Assembly: GCA_030684555.1 (NCBI GenBank)
Contig: JAUXVN010000071.1
Coordinates: forward strand, 4,197-68,196
Direction of reading: 5' to 3'
Length of the DNA: 64,000 nt
DNA from: Ignavibacteria bacterium
GTDB taxonomy: Bacteria > Bacteroidota > Ignavibacteria > Ignavibacteriales > Ignavibacteriaceae
The position numbers and the translations under genes are program-made. This document shows, piece by piece, positions 47,847-58,591 of the stretch (positions within the stretch are counted from its first letter, which is position 1; every line of letters begins with the position of its first letter). The notes beneath the pieces are model-generated. The model did not search any database. It saw nothing but the letters and a program-made list of their open reading frames with translations, and was not told the DNA's origin.

Positions 47847-49220
47847 ATGAAAAGTATCGATGAAAAAGTTCTTAGATTTATTGACAGCAATAGATTAATT
47901 GATAAAAATGAAAAAATACTCGTTGCTCTAAGTGGTGGGGCTGATTCAATTTTCGCACTTTATTTTCTGCACAAATATCAAAGAAGATTAAGGATAACAA
48001 TATCGGCTGTGCATCTCAACCATTCATTAAGAGGAACTGACTCACTCAAGGATGAAGAATTTTGTATAGACTATTGCAAAAAGCTAAATATTCCGCTGTT
48101 CACAAAAAAGATACCGATTGAAGTCATCTCAAAGAAAAACAAAACTTCTTTAGAAGAAACCGGCAGGATAGAACGTTATAATTATTTTAATGAAATTTGT
48201 AAGAAATATAAGTTTGATAAAATTGTAACCGCACATCATAAAGATGATAATGCTGAAACTGTATTAATGAATTTATTCCGTGGTACCGGAGTTAGAGGCT
48301 ATTCCGGGATTCCGATTAAACGGGATAATGTGATTCGTCCGGTTTTAGTATTATCAAAAAAAGAAATTGTTAGTTATCTCGTTGCAAATAAAATCCCTTA
48401 TAAAACAGATACTACAAATTTTTCTGATGATTTTATCAGAAATTTAATACGTAATCAAATTGTACCAATTATCGAGGGGAAAATTAATCCAAGTTGGACA
48501 GATTCGGTTTTTAATTCGTCTCAAGTGATTAATAATTATTTGGAATTAATTGATAAGCGGTTTTCAAATCGTCTGAAAAAAAAGCTAATTTGTGAAGAGA
48601 GAGATTTCCTTCGTTTTAGTTTGGAAGAAATTATAAAAAATGAAAAATTTTTAGTAACTGAATTAATTCGTAAATCAATAACTGAAAAGTTTTCGATAGA
48701 ACTCTCCTATTTAGAAATCTCAAGAATATTTGAATTAGGACTTTCGAAAAAAGCTGGGAAAAGAATCGTTCTAAAAGCAAATGTTGTAGTTATAAAAAAT
48801 CAGACTGATTTATCGGTACATAAACAACAGAGAAAAAATAATACAGTTTGTCGGATAAAAATTGGAGAATCAGTTCATTTTGACGGTACAATGATCACTA
48901 TAAAAGAATTAAAAAAGCGCAATATCAAAGTTGATGAAAATAAAAATCATAAAATTGAGTACATAGACAGCGGTTTAATAAAAGATGATTTTGAACTAAG
49001 ATATTGGAAAGAAGGAGATTATTTTTACCCTTTGGGAATGGAACAAAAAAAGAAAATTTCTGATTTTTTAACAGATAATAAGGTAGAGTCGTCCCAAAAG
49101 AAAAATAGACTTGTCCTGCTTAATAATAACCGAATCGTTTGGGTAGTCGGTTATAGAATAAGTAATCTTTTCAAGTTGAATAAAGAAACAAAAAACATAT
49201 TACGTTTACAATTGGATTAA
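47847..49220 (+). CDS. tilS: tRNA(Ile)-lysidine synthetase
   Basis: PP-loop LSGGADS. Conserved tilS-hpt-ftsH gene order. Confidence 0.9.
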   Translation: MKSIDEKVLRFIDSNRLIDKNEKILVALSGGADSIFALYFLHKYQRRLRITISAVHLNHSLRGTDSLKDEEFCIDYCKKLNIPLFTKKIPIEVISKKNKTSLEETGRIERYNYFNEICKKYKFDKIVTAHHKDDNAETVLMNLFRGTGVRGYSGIPIKRDNVIRPVLVLSKKEIVSYLVANKIPYKTDTTNFSDDFIRNLIRNQIVPIIEGKINPSWTDSVFNSSQVINNYLELIDKRFSNRLKKKLICEERDFLRFSLEEIIKNEKFLVTELIRKSITEKFSIELSYLEISRIFELGLSKKAGKRIVLKANVVVIKNQTDLSVHKQQRKNNTVCRIKIGESVHFDGTMITIKELKKRNIKVDENKNHKIEYIDSGLIKDDFELRYWKEGDYFYPLGMEQKKKISDFLTDNKVESSQKKNRLVLLNNNRIVWVVGYRISNLFKLNKETKNILRLQLD

Positions 49221-49222
49221 AA

Positions 49223-49768
49223 ATGGAAAAAATTAAAATAGGAGATGAAGTTTTCATTCCTTTTATCACAGAGGAAAAGATTCAAGAACGAGTTAAAGAA
49301 CTTGGGCAGACTTTATCGCAAGATTATAAAGGAAAAGTTCCTGTTTTTATAGGAATTCTAAATGGTTCATTCTTGTTTATGTCCGATTTAATCAAAAACT
49401 TCGAAGGCGATTGCGAAATAGATTTTCTGAAATTATCGAGTTACGGTGATGAAAAAATTTCTTCCGGTCGTGTAAAAATGTTGAAGGAACTCAATTGTGA
49501 AGTGGATGGACGCGATCTTATTATTGTTGAGGATATTGTCGATTCAGGACTATCAATCAAATTCATGGAAGATTTAATTGCCGAACATCACCCGTCTTCG
49601 ATGAAGGTAATTTCACTTTTAGTGAAGCCAAACAGCCTTAAATATAATGTTAAAATTGATTATATTGGCTTTGATATTCCCAGTAAATTTGTAATAGGTT
49701 ATGGATTAGATTATGCACAGAAGTATAGGAATTTACGCTCTATTTACGTTTTAAGTGAAGAAAAATAA
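49223..49768 (+). CDS. hpt: Hypoxanthine phosphoribosyltransferase
   Basis: PRPP-binding motif [13 protein letters not shown]. Confidence 0.9.
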   Translation: MEKIKIGDEVFIPFITEEKIQERVKELGQTLSQDYKGKVPVFIGILNGSFLFMSDLIKNFEGDCEIDFLKLSSYGDEKISSGRVKMLKELNCEVDGRDLIIVEDIVDSGLSIKFMEDLIAEHHPSSMKVISLLVKPNSLKYNVKIDYIGFDIPSKFVIGYGLDYAQKYRNLRSIYVLSEEK

Positions 49769-49794
49769 TTAATTTAAGGATTAATACTGATTTT

Positions 49795-51840
49795 ATGGAA
49801 GATAAAAATAAGCAAACTCAAAAGGGACCAAAGGGGAACGGAACAAACAAATCTGATGATAATTTTGATTGGTCCAAAATAATCAGAATGGTATTTGGAT
49901 GGGGGGCAGTAATAGTTGCAGCCGTTATCGCGATGCAATTATTCAAAACCGGTTCAACAACATATGTTGAAATACCTTACAATCAATACGAACAACTTTT
50001 AATCAATGAAAAAATAAAAAAAGCAGCAGTCACAAAATCTGATATTAATGACTATTATTTTAAAGGTGAATTAGTTGCCGAGGAAATGATAGAAATAAAT
50101 TCCCGTGGAGTTAAAGTTAGATTTGTTTCAGTCTACCTTCCCGAACCTCTGATAAAAGAACAAGAAGTTTTATGGAAACAATATAAAGTAGATTATTCAT
50201 TCGAAAAGCAATCTAACGAATGGGTAAATATAATATTAGGAATGATTCCGTGGATTTTGCTTATAGGAATTTGGTTTATATTCATGCGCAGAATGCAAGG
50301 TGGCGGTGGAGCAGGCGGAGCAAGAGGAATCTTTAGTTTTGGGAAAAGTAAAGCAAAATTAATAACACAATCACAGCATCGTGTAACATTCCAGGATGTT
50401 GCAGGCGCAGACGAAGCAAAATTTGAACTCCAGGAAACTATTGAATTTTTAAAAGAACCAACAAAATTTCAGCGGCTTGGTGGTAAAATTCCACGTGGAG
50501 TTTTATTATTAGGACCTCCCGGAACCGGAAAAACATTACTTGCAAGAGCAGTAGCCGGTGAAGCAGGTGCGCCATTCTATTCAATTAGTGGAGCGGATTT
50601 TGTCGAAATGTTTGTTGGTGTTGGCGCAAGCCGTGTTAGAGATCTTTTTGAACAAGGGAAGAAAAATGCTCCTTGTATAATTTTTATTGATGAGATTGAT
50701 GCTGTTGGAAGACATCGAGGAGCCGGTTTAGGCGGCGGACACGATGAACGTGAACAAACTTTAAATCAACTACTTGTTGAAATGGATGGATTTGAACAAA
50801 ACAGTGGTGTTATAATAATTGCCGCAACAAATCGCCCTGATGTTCTTGATCCCGCACTTTTACGTCCGGGTAGATTTGATCGTCAAGTTGTGGTGGACAG
50901 ACCAGATGTAAAAGGAAGAGAAGGAATTCTCAAAGTTCACACCAGGCATATACCACTTGATACGGATGTAAATATTGAAACTTTAGCAAAAGGTACACCT
51001 GGACTTGCCGGTGCCGATCTTGCCAATCTTGTTAATGAAGCCGCATTACTTGCTGCAAGGAAAGACAAGAATAAAGTTTCAATGCTTGATTTCGAAGAAG
51101 CAAAAGACAAAGTAATGATGGGAATGGAAAGAAAAAGTATGATAATTTCAGAAGAGGAAAAGAAAACAACCTCTTACCATGAAATTGGTCATGTGCTTGT
51201 TGCTAAGCGAATTCCGGAAGCCGATCCTGTGCACAAAGTAACTATTATTCCCAGAGGACGTGCTTTAGGTGTAACAAGTTATTTACCGATCGATGAAAAA
51301 CATACTTATTCAAAATTATATCTTGAGGCTGTAATAACTTACGCTCTTGGCGGAAGAGCAGCAGAAAAATTAGTATTTAATCATTTTACAACAGGCGCCG
51401 GTAACGATATTGAGAAAGCAACTAAAATAGCTCGTAAAATGGTCTGTGAATGGGGTATGAGTGAAAAACTCGGTCCATTAAGTTATGGTGCTAAGGAAGA
51501 GGAAATATTTTTAGGACGTGAAATTCAAAAACATCGTGATTATAGTGAGAAAACTGCTATTGAAATTGATGATGAAGTACATAGTATTGTAAGTCGATGC
51601 ATGGAACGTGCTGAGCAGATTCTTAGAGATGATATGGTTGCTTTGCATCTCCTTTCGAAAGAATTACTCGAAAGAGAAATATTAGACGGTGCAGAAATTA
51701 ATAAACTTCTAAATGGTGAAACACTTCCACCTGTTGATAAGACCAATGGTGTTTCTCAAAATAATGGAGAAGAAATTCCCGAACACGTAAAAAAACTAAT
51801 GGAACAAAGAAAACCCTCAGATCCATTAACTAATGAGTGA
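49795..51840 (+). CDS. ftsH: ATP-dependent zinc metalloprotease FtsH
   Basis: Walker A GPPGTGKT, Walker [12 protein letters not shown] region, zinc site HEIGH. Confidence 0.95.
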   Translation: MEDKNKQTQKGPKGNGTNKSDDNFDWSKIIRMVFGWGAVIVAAVIAMQLFKTGSTTYVEIPYNQYEQLLINEKIKKAAVTKSDINDYYFKGELVAEEMIEINSRGVKVRFVSVYLPEPLIKEQEVLWKQYKVDYSFEKQSNEWVNIILGMIPWILLIGIWFIFMRRMQGGGGAGGARGIFSFGKSKAKLITQSQHRVTFQDVAGADEAKFELQETIEFLKEPTKFQRLGGKIPRGVLLLGPPGTGKTLLARAVAGEAGAPFYSISGADFVEMFVGVGASRVRDLFEQGKKNAPCIIFIDEIDAVGRHRGAGLGGGHDEREQTLNQLLVEMDGFEQNSGVIIIAATNRPDVLDPALLRPGRFDRQVVVDRPDVKGREGILKVHTRHIPLDTDVNIETLAKGTPGLAGADLANLVNEAALLAARKDKNKVSMLDFEEAKDKVMMGMERKSMIISEEEKKTTSYHEIGHVLVAKRIPEADPVHKVTIIPRGRALGVTSYLPIDEKHTYSKLYLEAVITYALGGRAAEKLVFNHFTTGAGNDIEKATKIARKMVCEWGMSEKLGPLSYGAKEEEIFLGREIQKHRDYSEKTAIEIDDEVHSIVSRCMERAEQILRDDMVALHLLSKELLEREILDGAEINKLLNGETLPPVDKTNGVSQNNGEEIPEHVKKLMEQRKPSDPLTNE

Positions 51841-52504
51841 TTCAGTCAATAGTGCAACAATTAATTACAGAGATGAAGTTATCAGAAAGATGGTTCATCT
51901 CTGTAGTCTTTCCATTCCGATTACTTACTATTTTATCTCCCGTTACGATGCAATAATTATTTTAAGCGTATTGACCATAACGGCAGTTGTAATAGATATA
52001 AGCCGATATTTTAATCCTTCTCTTGAAAAATTAGTAAGAACTTACCTCGGTTTTATGATGCGTGAACATGAATGGGACAGGAAAAAGAAAAATCTGAATG
52101 GTGCTACTTATGTTTTCATCTCAGCACTCGCTTGTGCAATAATTTTCCCAAAGGTTTTATTTATCACCGGATTTGCAGTTTTGATTATAAGCGATTCTTC
52201 TGCGGCATTAATTGGCAGAAAGTTCGGAAAGAATAAATTCCTAGCTAAAAGCCTTGAGGGGACTATAGCCTTTTTTGTTACCGCTGTTTTTGTTGTCTTT
52301 CTTACTCCTAAAATTACCGGGGAACCTTTAGAGTATATCATTGGTATAATTGCTGTTGCGGTCGGTGCCATTGTTGAAAATATTTCTTTTGGAATAGCAG
52401 ATGATAATTTATCGATTCCAATGTCGATCGGACTAACTATGTGGGGTTTATATTTAATATTTTTCCCGGGACTTGAATTGATTTTGGTGAATGTTCCAAG
52501 GTAA
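51833..52504 (+). CDS. CTP-dependent polyprenol/diacylglycerol kinase family membrane protein (CdsA/SEC59/VTE5-like)
   Basis: Multi-TM protein with [15 protein letters not shown]. Confidence 0.6.
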   Translation: MSDSVNSATINYRDEVIRKMVHLCSLSIPITYYFISRYDAIIILSVLTITAVVIDISRYFNPSLEKLVRTYLGFMMREHEWDRKKKNLNGATYVFISALACAIIFPKVLFITGFAVLIISDSSAALIGRKFGKNKFLAKSLEGTIAFFVTAVFVVFLTPKITGEPLEYIIGIIAVAVGAIVENISFGIADDNLSIPMSIGLTMWGLYLIFFPGLELILVNVPR

Positions 52505-52507
52505 TTT

Positions 52508-53596
52508 ATGAAAAATGCTTTATCACTTATTCTGATTATATATTCGATATTTATTATAGGTTGTGATACAACTTTAAGACCTGCTCGTGGAATTGAAAAT
52601 GAGATTATTGTATTTGCAGATTCAACGGAATTTGAGGAGTTGAAAGTTTCATTAGAACAAGTCTTTGAAAGGGAAATCGAAACCCCACAACCTGAAAAAA
52701 TCTTCGAATTGAAAAGAGTTAATTATTCTGATTTTCAGAAATATCGTGCTATTAAAAACTTGATATTCATTGCTCCGTTTAATTCAGATCATGAAATGGC
52801 AAAATTCATCAAAAATTCTTTAGACTCAACAGCCACAGTACAAATAAAAAATAAAGAGGTTTCATATATTCTTAAAAAGGATTTATGGGCTATAGGACAA
52901 CTTGTTCTACTTCTTACCTCTCCAACATTATCAGAGTTGGAATTCGAATTAGTAAAAAATGGGAATAAACTAAGTTATGCTTTTCAGAAAGCATCAGATG
53001 CAAGGTTGTTAACAACAATTTATAATGCAAGATATGAACAAAAAAACGTCGAGGCTAAATTGCTTAGAGATTATGGCTGGATGATTTATGTTCAAGCTGA
53101 TTTTACACTTGCAATGAATCGATCGGACGAAAAATTTGTCTGGTTACGCCGTTCTCCAAATTCCGATATGGAACGATGGATTTTTATTCATTGGATTGAT
53201 GATGCTTCTCCTTCGATGTTAAATAGAGATGCCATCATGTCCATAAGAAATAAATTAACTGAAAAATTTTACCAAACCAGTGATGATAAATATTTTGTTA
53301 CAATTGCCGACTCTATAATTAACACAACCGAAATTAATTTTAATAATCGTTATGCGATTTATTCACAAGGTTTGTGGCGGACTACCGATAAATATATGGG
53401 GGGACCATTTGTCAGTTATACGTTTTATGATGAAAAGACCGGACGTATTTATATGGTAGACGGCTCAATTTATGCCCCAAAGTATTATAAACGAAATTTA
53501 ATTCAACAGGTTGATGTGATTTTGCAATCATTTTTAACAGAGTCAGAAATTTCTACTGAACGAAAAGAATCTCTATTCGAAGCGATTGATGATTAA
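52508..53596 (+). CDS. DUF4837-like lipoprotein
   Basis: Lipobox FIIGC. Size and genomic context fit the DUF4837 family. Assignment is from memory only. Confidence 0.4.
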   Translation: MKNALSLILIIYSIFIIGCDTTLRPARGIENEIIVFADSTEFEELKVSLEQVFEREIETPQPEKIFELKRVNYSDFQKYRAIKNLIFIAPFNSDHEMAKFIKNSLDSTATVQIKNKEVSYILKKDLWAIGQLVLLLTSPTLSELEFELVKNGNKLSYAFQKASDARLLTTIYNARYEQKNVEAKLLRDYGWMIYVQADFTLAMNRSDEKFVWLRRSPNSDMERWIFIHWIDDASPSMLNRDAIMSIRNKLTEKFYQTSDDKYFVTIADSIINTTEINFNNRYAIYSQGLWRTTDKYMGGPFVSYTFYDEKTGRIYMVDGSIYAPKYYKRNLIQQVDVILQSFLTESEISTERKESLFEAIDD

Positions 53597-53612
53597 TTAA
53601 TCGAGGTATTAA

Positions 53613-55586
53613 TTAATCAATTTTATTAGCGGTTGACCTATTAATTACTTCTGATAGTCCTTGCGGAATAGGGTAATCCGGGAAATCCTTTTTCAATTTT
53701 TTGATATATACTTTAGCGCGTTCTACTTTATTAAATTGCATTTCATACAACGCTCTCCGTACTAACATTCCACCAACTAACTTTTCAATTGTATTATGAT
53801 AATAGTTCCGTTTTTTTGGGAAGCGGATAGAAAATTCTGGATCATTAGCCGGAAGATATTCATTCCCTTTGTTTACTTTGAAAAAGAAAATATCGGGGAC
53901 TAAGGTATAACCTTCGGGAAGGACAAACTGCCCTTTCTGCATCTCGTTTTCAAAAACTTCGGGAGCAATATAAAAGGTTCGTTTATCATAATTAACTGCA
54001 ACAAGATCAGTCATTATTTTTTGAAAAAGGTTTTCGAGCAATTGTGGATTAAACTCTTCACTTCGTTCAAAAGGTTTAAGCGCCTGGAGAAATTGATTTA
54101 CAGTTGGTTCTAAACTTGAAATTATTCCGGGATGAGAATTCTCCAACTGATTGTAATACCATGAACGTCTTAGCAGCTCTTTATCAATGATGACTAAGTC
54201 TTTTCTTAAATTCTCTACATATTGAAAATAATATGAGGCTGACAAAAAGTAATCCCATTGATAAGAGAATATTATTGCTTTGTTATCAGACGAAGCTAAT
54301 ATCTCTTTTGTATAATCTTCAAAAACGTAAATATCACTTTGATTAACTTTATTAAATGTGAGTCCGGTATGAACTCCCACGAAAACAAATAGTAAAATAG
54401 CAGCAAGTTTATTATCAAGATGCTTTAGCCTTAGCCAATCAAAAACTAAAACAATACCGAGAGCTGCAAACATCGCAAGAGCGAAATATGCTAAAATGAA
54501 ATAGGTATCTATATCAACAATATCATAATTTATTGAATAAAGGACAGTTGAAAGCAATAACACAAAAGTGAATACAAAAAATCGTCTCGCTTTTAGAAAA
54601 CTGAAAACTATTCCGATGAAGGACAAAATTAAATTAATTGTTAATTCACCCGGAAGATTATTTAAAAAGAATAGCAACTGTTTTTTTGCAGAATCAAATG
54701 ATGAGAACAACCATACTTGATACTGCTTACCGGAAATATGTCTCAATATTCTTTCCATATCTATCGGGTTTCCCCAATTTAGAAGTGGATTTTGTGCAGC
54801 ACGCAAAGGCAAGTAAGAATAAAATAGAATCAGTAACGGAAAAAAGATAAGCAACATTTTAACAATTCGCAGTATTGAGCTTTTATTAAATCCGAATGCT
54901 AAAAAATAGAGGTAAGCTGTTGCGGGAAGAACAAGCAAAGTTGTCATATGGTTTGCGAATCCAAACGCTAGAGCAATTGCCAACAAAAACCAATACTTAT
55001 GATCACTATATTTTACACTGTATATAAACGCAGTTGTCAGCACGAGTAAAATCATTCCAAGAAAAAAAATATGCAAGGAATAAACTTCAACGGAAGTTGA
55101 TTGCATCCAATAAGTTTTTGAAAAAGCTAAAATTATTCCACTAAATATTGCAGAGAAGTAAATCACAAATTCAGAAATGTTGATCGTAATTTTCGCTGAT
55201 TCAATTTCAGTCTTTTGATTTTTATCTTTTTTCTTTTTGTTCGAAACGGTTGGTTTATTCTCTTTTTTTGATGAGACAAAAACATCGATATTGCTTAGAA
55301 TCAACTTAATCGTATATACAAAAAAAACAATTCCTCCGGCGCACCAGACTGCCGCTAAAAGATTTAGTTTATATATTGTAGTCCCATTAATCGGTAATAA
55401 AGTCCATAGATAACCAAAAATTGAAAAGAGGGGATAACCGGTAGGATGTGCAATACCCAAAATTGCCTGTACGGTAGCAAGCTCGCCTGTATCAATTTGT
55501 AAAACGCTCGGGGCTAAAGTGAATTGATAAACTACTAATATTATTATACCAGCTATTAGACCGAAAAGCATTTTTAAATATTTCAA
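53613..55586 (-). CDS. DUF2723 (GT117 / protein O-mannosyltransferase-like) membrane protein
   Basis: IDTGELATVQAILGIAHPTGYPLF motif. About 11 TM helices plus a soluble C-terminal domain. Confidence 0.7.
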   Translation of the reverse strand: MKYLKMLFGLIAGIIILVVYQFTLAPSVLQIDTGELATVQAILGIAHPTGYPLFSIFGYLWTLLPINGTTIYKLNLLAAVWCAGGIVFFVYTIKLILSNIDVFVSSKKENKPTVSNKKKKDKNQKTEIESAKITINISEFVIYFSAIFSGIILAFSKTYWMQSTSVEVYSLHIFFLGMILLVLTTAFIYSVKYSDHKYWFLLAIALAFGFANHMTTLLVLPATAYLYFLAFGFNKSSILRIVKMLLIFFPLLILFYSYLPLRAAQNPLLNWGNPIDMERILRHISGKQYQVWLFSSFDSAKKQLLFFLNNLPGELTINLILSFIGIVFSFLKARRFFVFTFVLLLSTVLYSINYDIVDIDTYFILAYFALAMFAALGIVLVFDWLRLKHLDNKLAAILLFVFVGVHTGLTFNKVNQSDIYVFEDYTKEILASSDNKAIIFSYQWDYFLSASYYFQYVENLRKDLVIIDKELLRRSWYYNQLENSHPGIISSLEPTVNQFLQALKPFERSEEFNPQLLENLFQKIMTDLVAVNYDKRTFYIAPEVFENEMQKGQFVLPEGYTLVPDIFFFKVNKGNEYLPANDPEFSIRFPKKRNYYHNTIEKLVGGMLVRRALYEMQFNKVERAKVYIKKLKKDFPDYPIPQGLSEVINRSTANKID

Positions 55587-58402
55587 ATCTCACCCGAAAT
55601 TATTTTTTGAAATAAGAATGAATTTGACTTAATAATTAAATCAATTTTATTTTTTAATTCTTTAACTGAGGTTAGTCTGCATGCACGACAAAGTAATCTT
55701 AATCTACTCTCATCATCACTCAAAATATTACTATTACTATTGAATAAAAGCTGCATTTGAACTTCTACCAACTTAAGGAATGAGTAATCGCCATCCAATT
55801 GTTCAGCTATAATATCATTTATAATGGAATTACTCTTCAACAAATGGATTACTTCACCAATATTCTTCCCCGAAATATAATTTAATAAATCGGGTGAGCA
55901 AAGAATTAAGAATTGAATAATAAATTCAATGTCAGTAATACCGCCACGACTTTTTTTTATGTGGATTTTATTAATAATATTTCCCACAGAAATAGGATAA
56001 ATTCTCTGCCGCATATCTAAAACATCTTTTCTTATTCTATTTATTTCTAAAGTCCCGGCATGATTAACTATTGAGGTTAAAAAATTCTCATACAATTGTC
56101 TGTTTCCACAAAGAAAGTCAATTTTAGTGACGGCTTGCAGTTCCCAAGTTTGCATTCGATTACGCAAATATTCCTGATATTTTTTTATATCTGAAATGAT
56201 GAGACTCGTTTTACCTTCAGGGCGCAAACGTGAATCAACGGTATGGGGAGCCAACTCACTTTTTAATAAATTTAAGAACTTAAAAAAATCTGTTTGAATG
56301 TTCTCATACTTTTCACATCCTTCGGAAACAAAAATAATATCGATATCAGAAAAAAATGTCATTTCATTTGATGAAAAACTTCCTAAGGCTGCCACAATAA
56401 TTTTCGATTTATAACGCTTTGACTTAAAATATTGTTCGAATAGAGAATTAAATTTTACTCTACAATATTTACTCAAATAACTTGATACTTCACTTCTTGT
56501 TAAAATATTTAATGAGAGCTGTACAGATAAAATCAAATGCAATTCTTTCACAGAAAAATTGTGGAACGAATCATCTAACCGCCGAAATACTTTCCCCGAA
56601 AGAAAAACTTCCCTCAAATAAGGAGCTTCAGCAAAAAGATTTATTGAATACTGCGAAAATTCACATGTATGAAAAAATGGATTTGCGAATGATGAATTAC
56701 CAAGTTGTTCATACCATAGTGAAGGAAATTTTGATGATTTAATAATTCTAACAAAATTATCTAATGATTGATCAGGGTTGCTGGAAGTTTTTAGTCTTTG
56801 TTCAACTATATGCTCAATATTAAGAAAAGCGTTTGTTGTTTTTTGATCAAATGAACGCTGCTCTAATAACCCTTTTCCTTCACGAAGGAAAAGAATATTC
56901 TTTTTAGCTCTTGATTTATCGAGAAAATTTATTTCATTGAAGGCGTCTTTTTTTATTTCTGCATCACCTGTTTCGGCAAAAAGAGATGTGGAAAAATCTC
57001 GAACAAAATTCTTTGCTTTCGTTAGTTCTTTTTGAAATTCTTTTTGGTTTTTATAATTCAGAAAAAAAGATAGCTTAGATAAAACCTCGCCATGTTCCGG
57101 AAGTGTGTGTGTTTGTTGGTCATTCATCAATTGAAGGAAATGTTCAATTCGTCTAAATAGAATGTAATGTTTTGTTAGATTATCAGTTTCATCTTTTGAA
57201 AGAAGTGAATGATTAAAAAGTTTCTCAATAGCCTCGAGTGTTGAGGAAGATTTTAAATCTTTATTCGTTCCCGCATTAATCAATTGCAAAGCTTGAACCG
57301 AAAATTCAATATCACGAATTCCACCAAACGATAACTTTATATCGTGTTCGGAATTGATTCGGTCAATGGTCACTTTTCGTAATCTTCTGATTTGCTCAAT
57401 TGGAGATTTTGTAAAAGATGTCGGAAAAATAAACGGACGCAAATAATTTAAAAAGTAATCATACATCTGTTTGTCACCACAAACATAACCAGCTTTAATT
57501 AGCATTTGCCGTTCCCAATCTTCTCCCTTGATCTCATAGTAATTTAGAGTATCGTTCATACTTCTGCACAATGGGGAATTTTTGCCGTCCGGGCGCAATC
57601 GGAAATCAACCCGATAAAGATAGCCCCCTTCGGTAAAACCGGATGCAGATTCTATGAATAAATAAATGACTTCATTTAGAAATTCAAAATGCTCAAGTTT
57701 ACTACTGATTTTTGCGTTCTTTTCATAACAGAGAATTAAATCAATATCCGAACTGTAATTAAGTTCGTTTCCGCCCAATTTTCCTAAGGAAATTAAAACA
57801 TATTTGGGACCTGGAGATTTTATTTTGTATTTCTCTTTAATTTCATTGAAACAAATTTCAAATAGAATTGAAGTTAAGTTATTGGCGAGAAACGAAAGTT
57901 CAAAAGTTGTTTCTTTTAAAGATTGAATTCCAAGAGTGTCCCTAATCCCGATTCTTAAAATTTCTCTTCGTTTTATCGACTTTAATAGATTCACTTTCGA
58001 TTTAAAAGAATTATAAATCAATAACTTTTCTGAACTTTCTTGTAGAAAAGGTTTCTGCGAGAGTTTTGTATTGAGAGCATCTGTATTTAGAATCCAATTC
58101 AGATATTCGGGGTTTCTAACGACAATATCAGTAAGATAATTGCTGTTAGAAACTAATGAAATAAGAATTTCTGCATAATGTTTATTTGTTAGTATGTCTT
58201 TTAATAAACAAACTCGATCGTAGGAAGCACTTAAGATTCTGTGCAGATTATTTTCAGAAGACTCCGTGAAAAAATTCTTATTTAGTTGATTTTGAAAAAT
58301 TTTAAATAATTCGTCTAACATCTCAGATGAAAAATATCCGGTTAACCAACCGGCAATTTCATTGACAAATTTTTCCGAAAAAGATGTTTTACGTGAATTC
58401 AT
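55583..58402 (-). CDS. glnE: Bifunctional glutamine synthetase adenylyltransferase/adenylyl-removing enzyme
   Basis: Duplicated nucleotidyltransferase modules (GKLGGNELNYSSDIDLI and GSFSSNEMTFFSDIDIIF). About 940 aa. Confidence 0.85.
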   Translation of the reverse strand: MNSRKTSFSEKFVNEIAGWLTGYFSSEMLDELFKIFQNQLNKNFFTESSENNLHRILSASYDRVCLLKDILTNKHYAEILISLVSNSNYLTDIVVRNPEYLNWILNTDALNTKLSQKPFLQESSEKLLIYNSFKSKVNLLKSIKRREILRIGIRDTLGIQSLKETTFELSFLANNLTSILFEICFNEIKEKYKIKSPGPKYVLISLGKLGGNELNYSSDIDLILCYEKNAKISSKLEHFEFLNEVIYLFIESASGFTEGGYLYRVDFRLRPDGKNSPLCRSMNDTLNYYEIKGEDWERQMLIKAGYVCGDKQMYDYFLNYLRPFIFPTSFTKSPIEQIRRLRKVTIDRINSEHDIKLSFGGIRDIEFSVQALQLINAGTNKDLKSSSTLEAIEKLFNHSLLSKDETDNLTKHYILFRRIEHFLQLMNDQQTHTLPEHGEVLSKLSFFLNYKNQKEFQKELTKAKNFVRDFSTSLFAETGDAEIKKDAFNEINFLDKSRAKKNILFLREGKGLLEQRSFDQKTTNAFLNIEHIVEQRLKTSSNPDQSLDNFVRIIKSSKFPSLWYEQLGNSSFANPFFHTCEFSQYSINLFAEAPYLREVFLSGKVFRRLDDSFHNFSVKELHLILSVQLSLNILTRSEVSSYLSKYCRVKFNSLFEQYFKSKRYKSKIIVAALGSFSSNEMTFFSDIDIIFVSEGCEKYENIQTDFFKFLNLLKSELAPHTVDSRLRPEGKTSLIISDIKKYQEYLRNRMQTWELQAVTKIDFLCGNRQLYENFLTSIVNHAGTLEINRIRKDVLDMRQRIYPISVGNIINKIHIKKSRGGITDIEFIIQFLILCSPDLLNYISGKNIGEVIHLLKSNSIINDIIAEQLDGDYSFLKLVEVQMQLLFNSNSNILSDDESRLRLLCRACRLTSVKELKNKIDLIIKSNSFLFQKIISGEI

Positions 58403-58591
58403 TATTTTTTAGTTAAAACAGATTTTACTCATATTATACAATACATTTCAACAAAATTATGCTTTTCAGAAACGATAACAAATTTTAAGTTAAATGATAT
58501 TTGTGATGTAAGAGGAGTGTAAAATTTCTTAAATTGCATCTTTTAAAATGGGTAATTAATTTTTAATACATTTTCCAGTGGAGTAATCCGG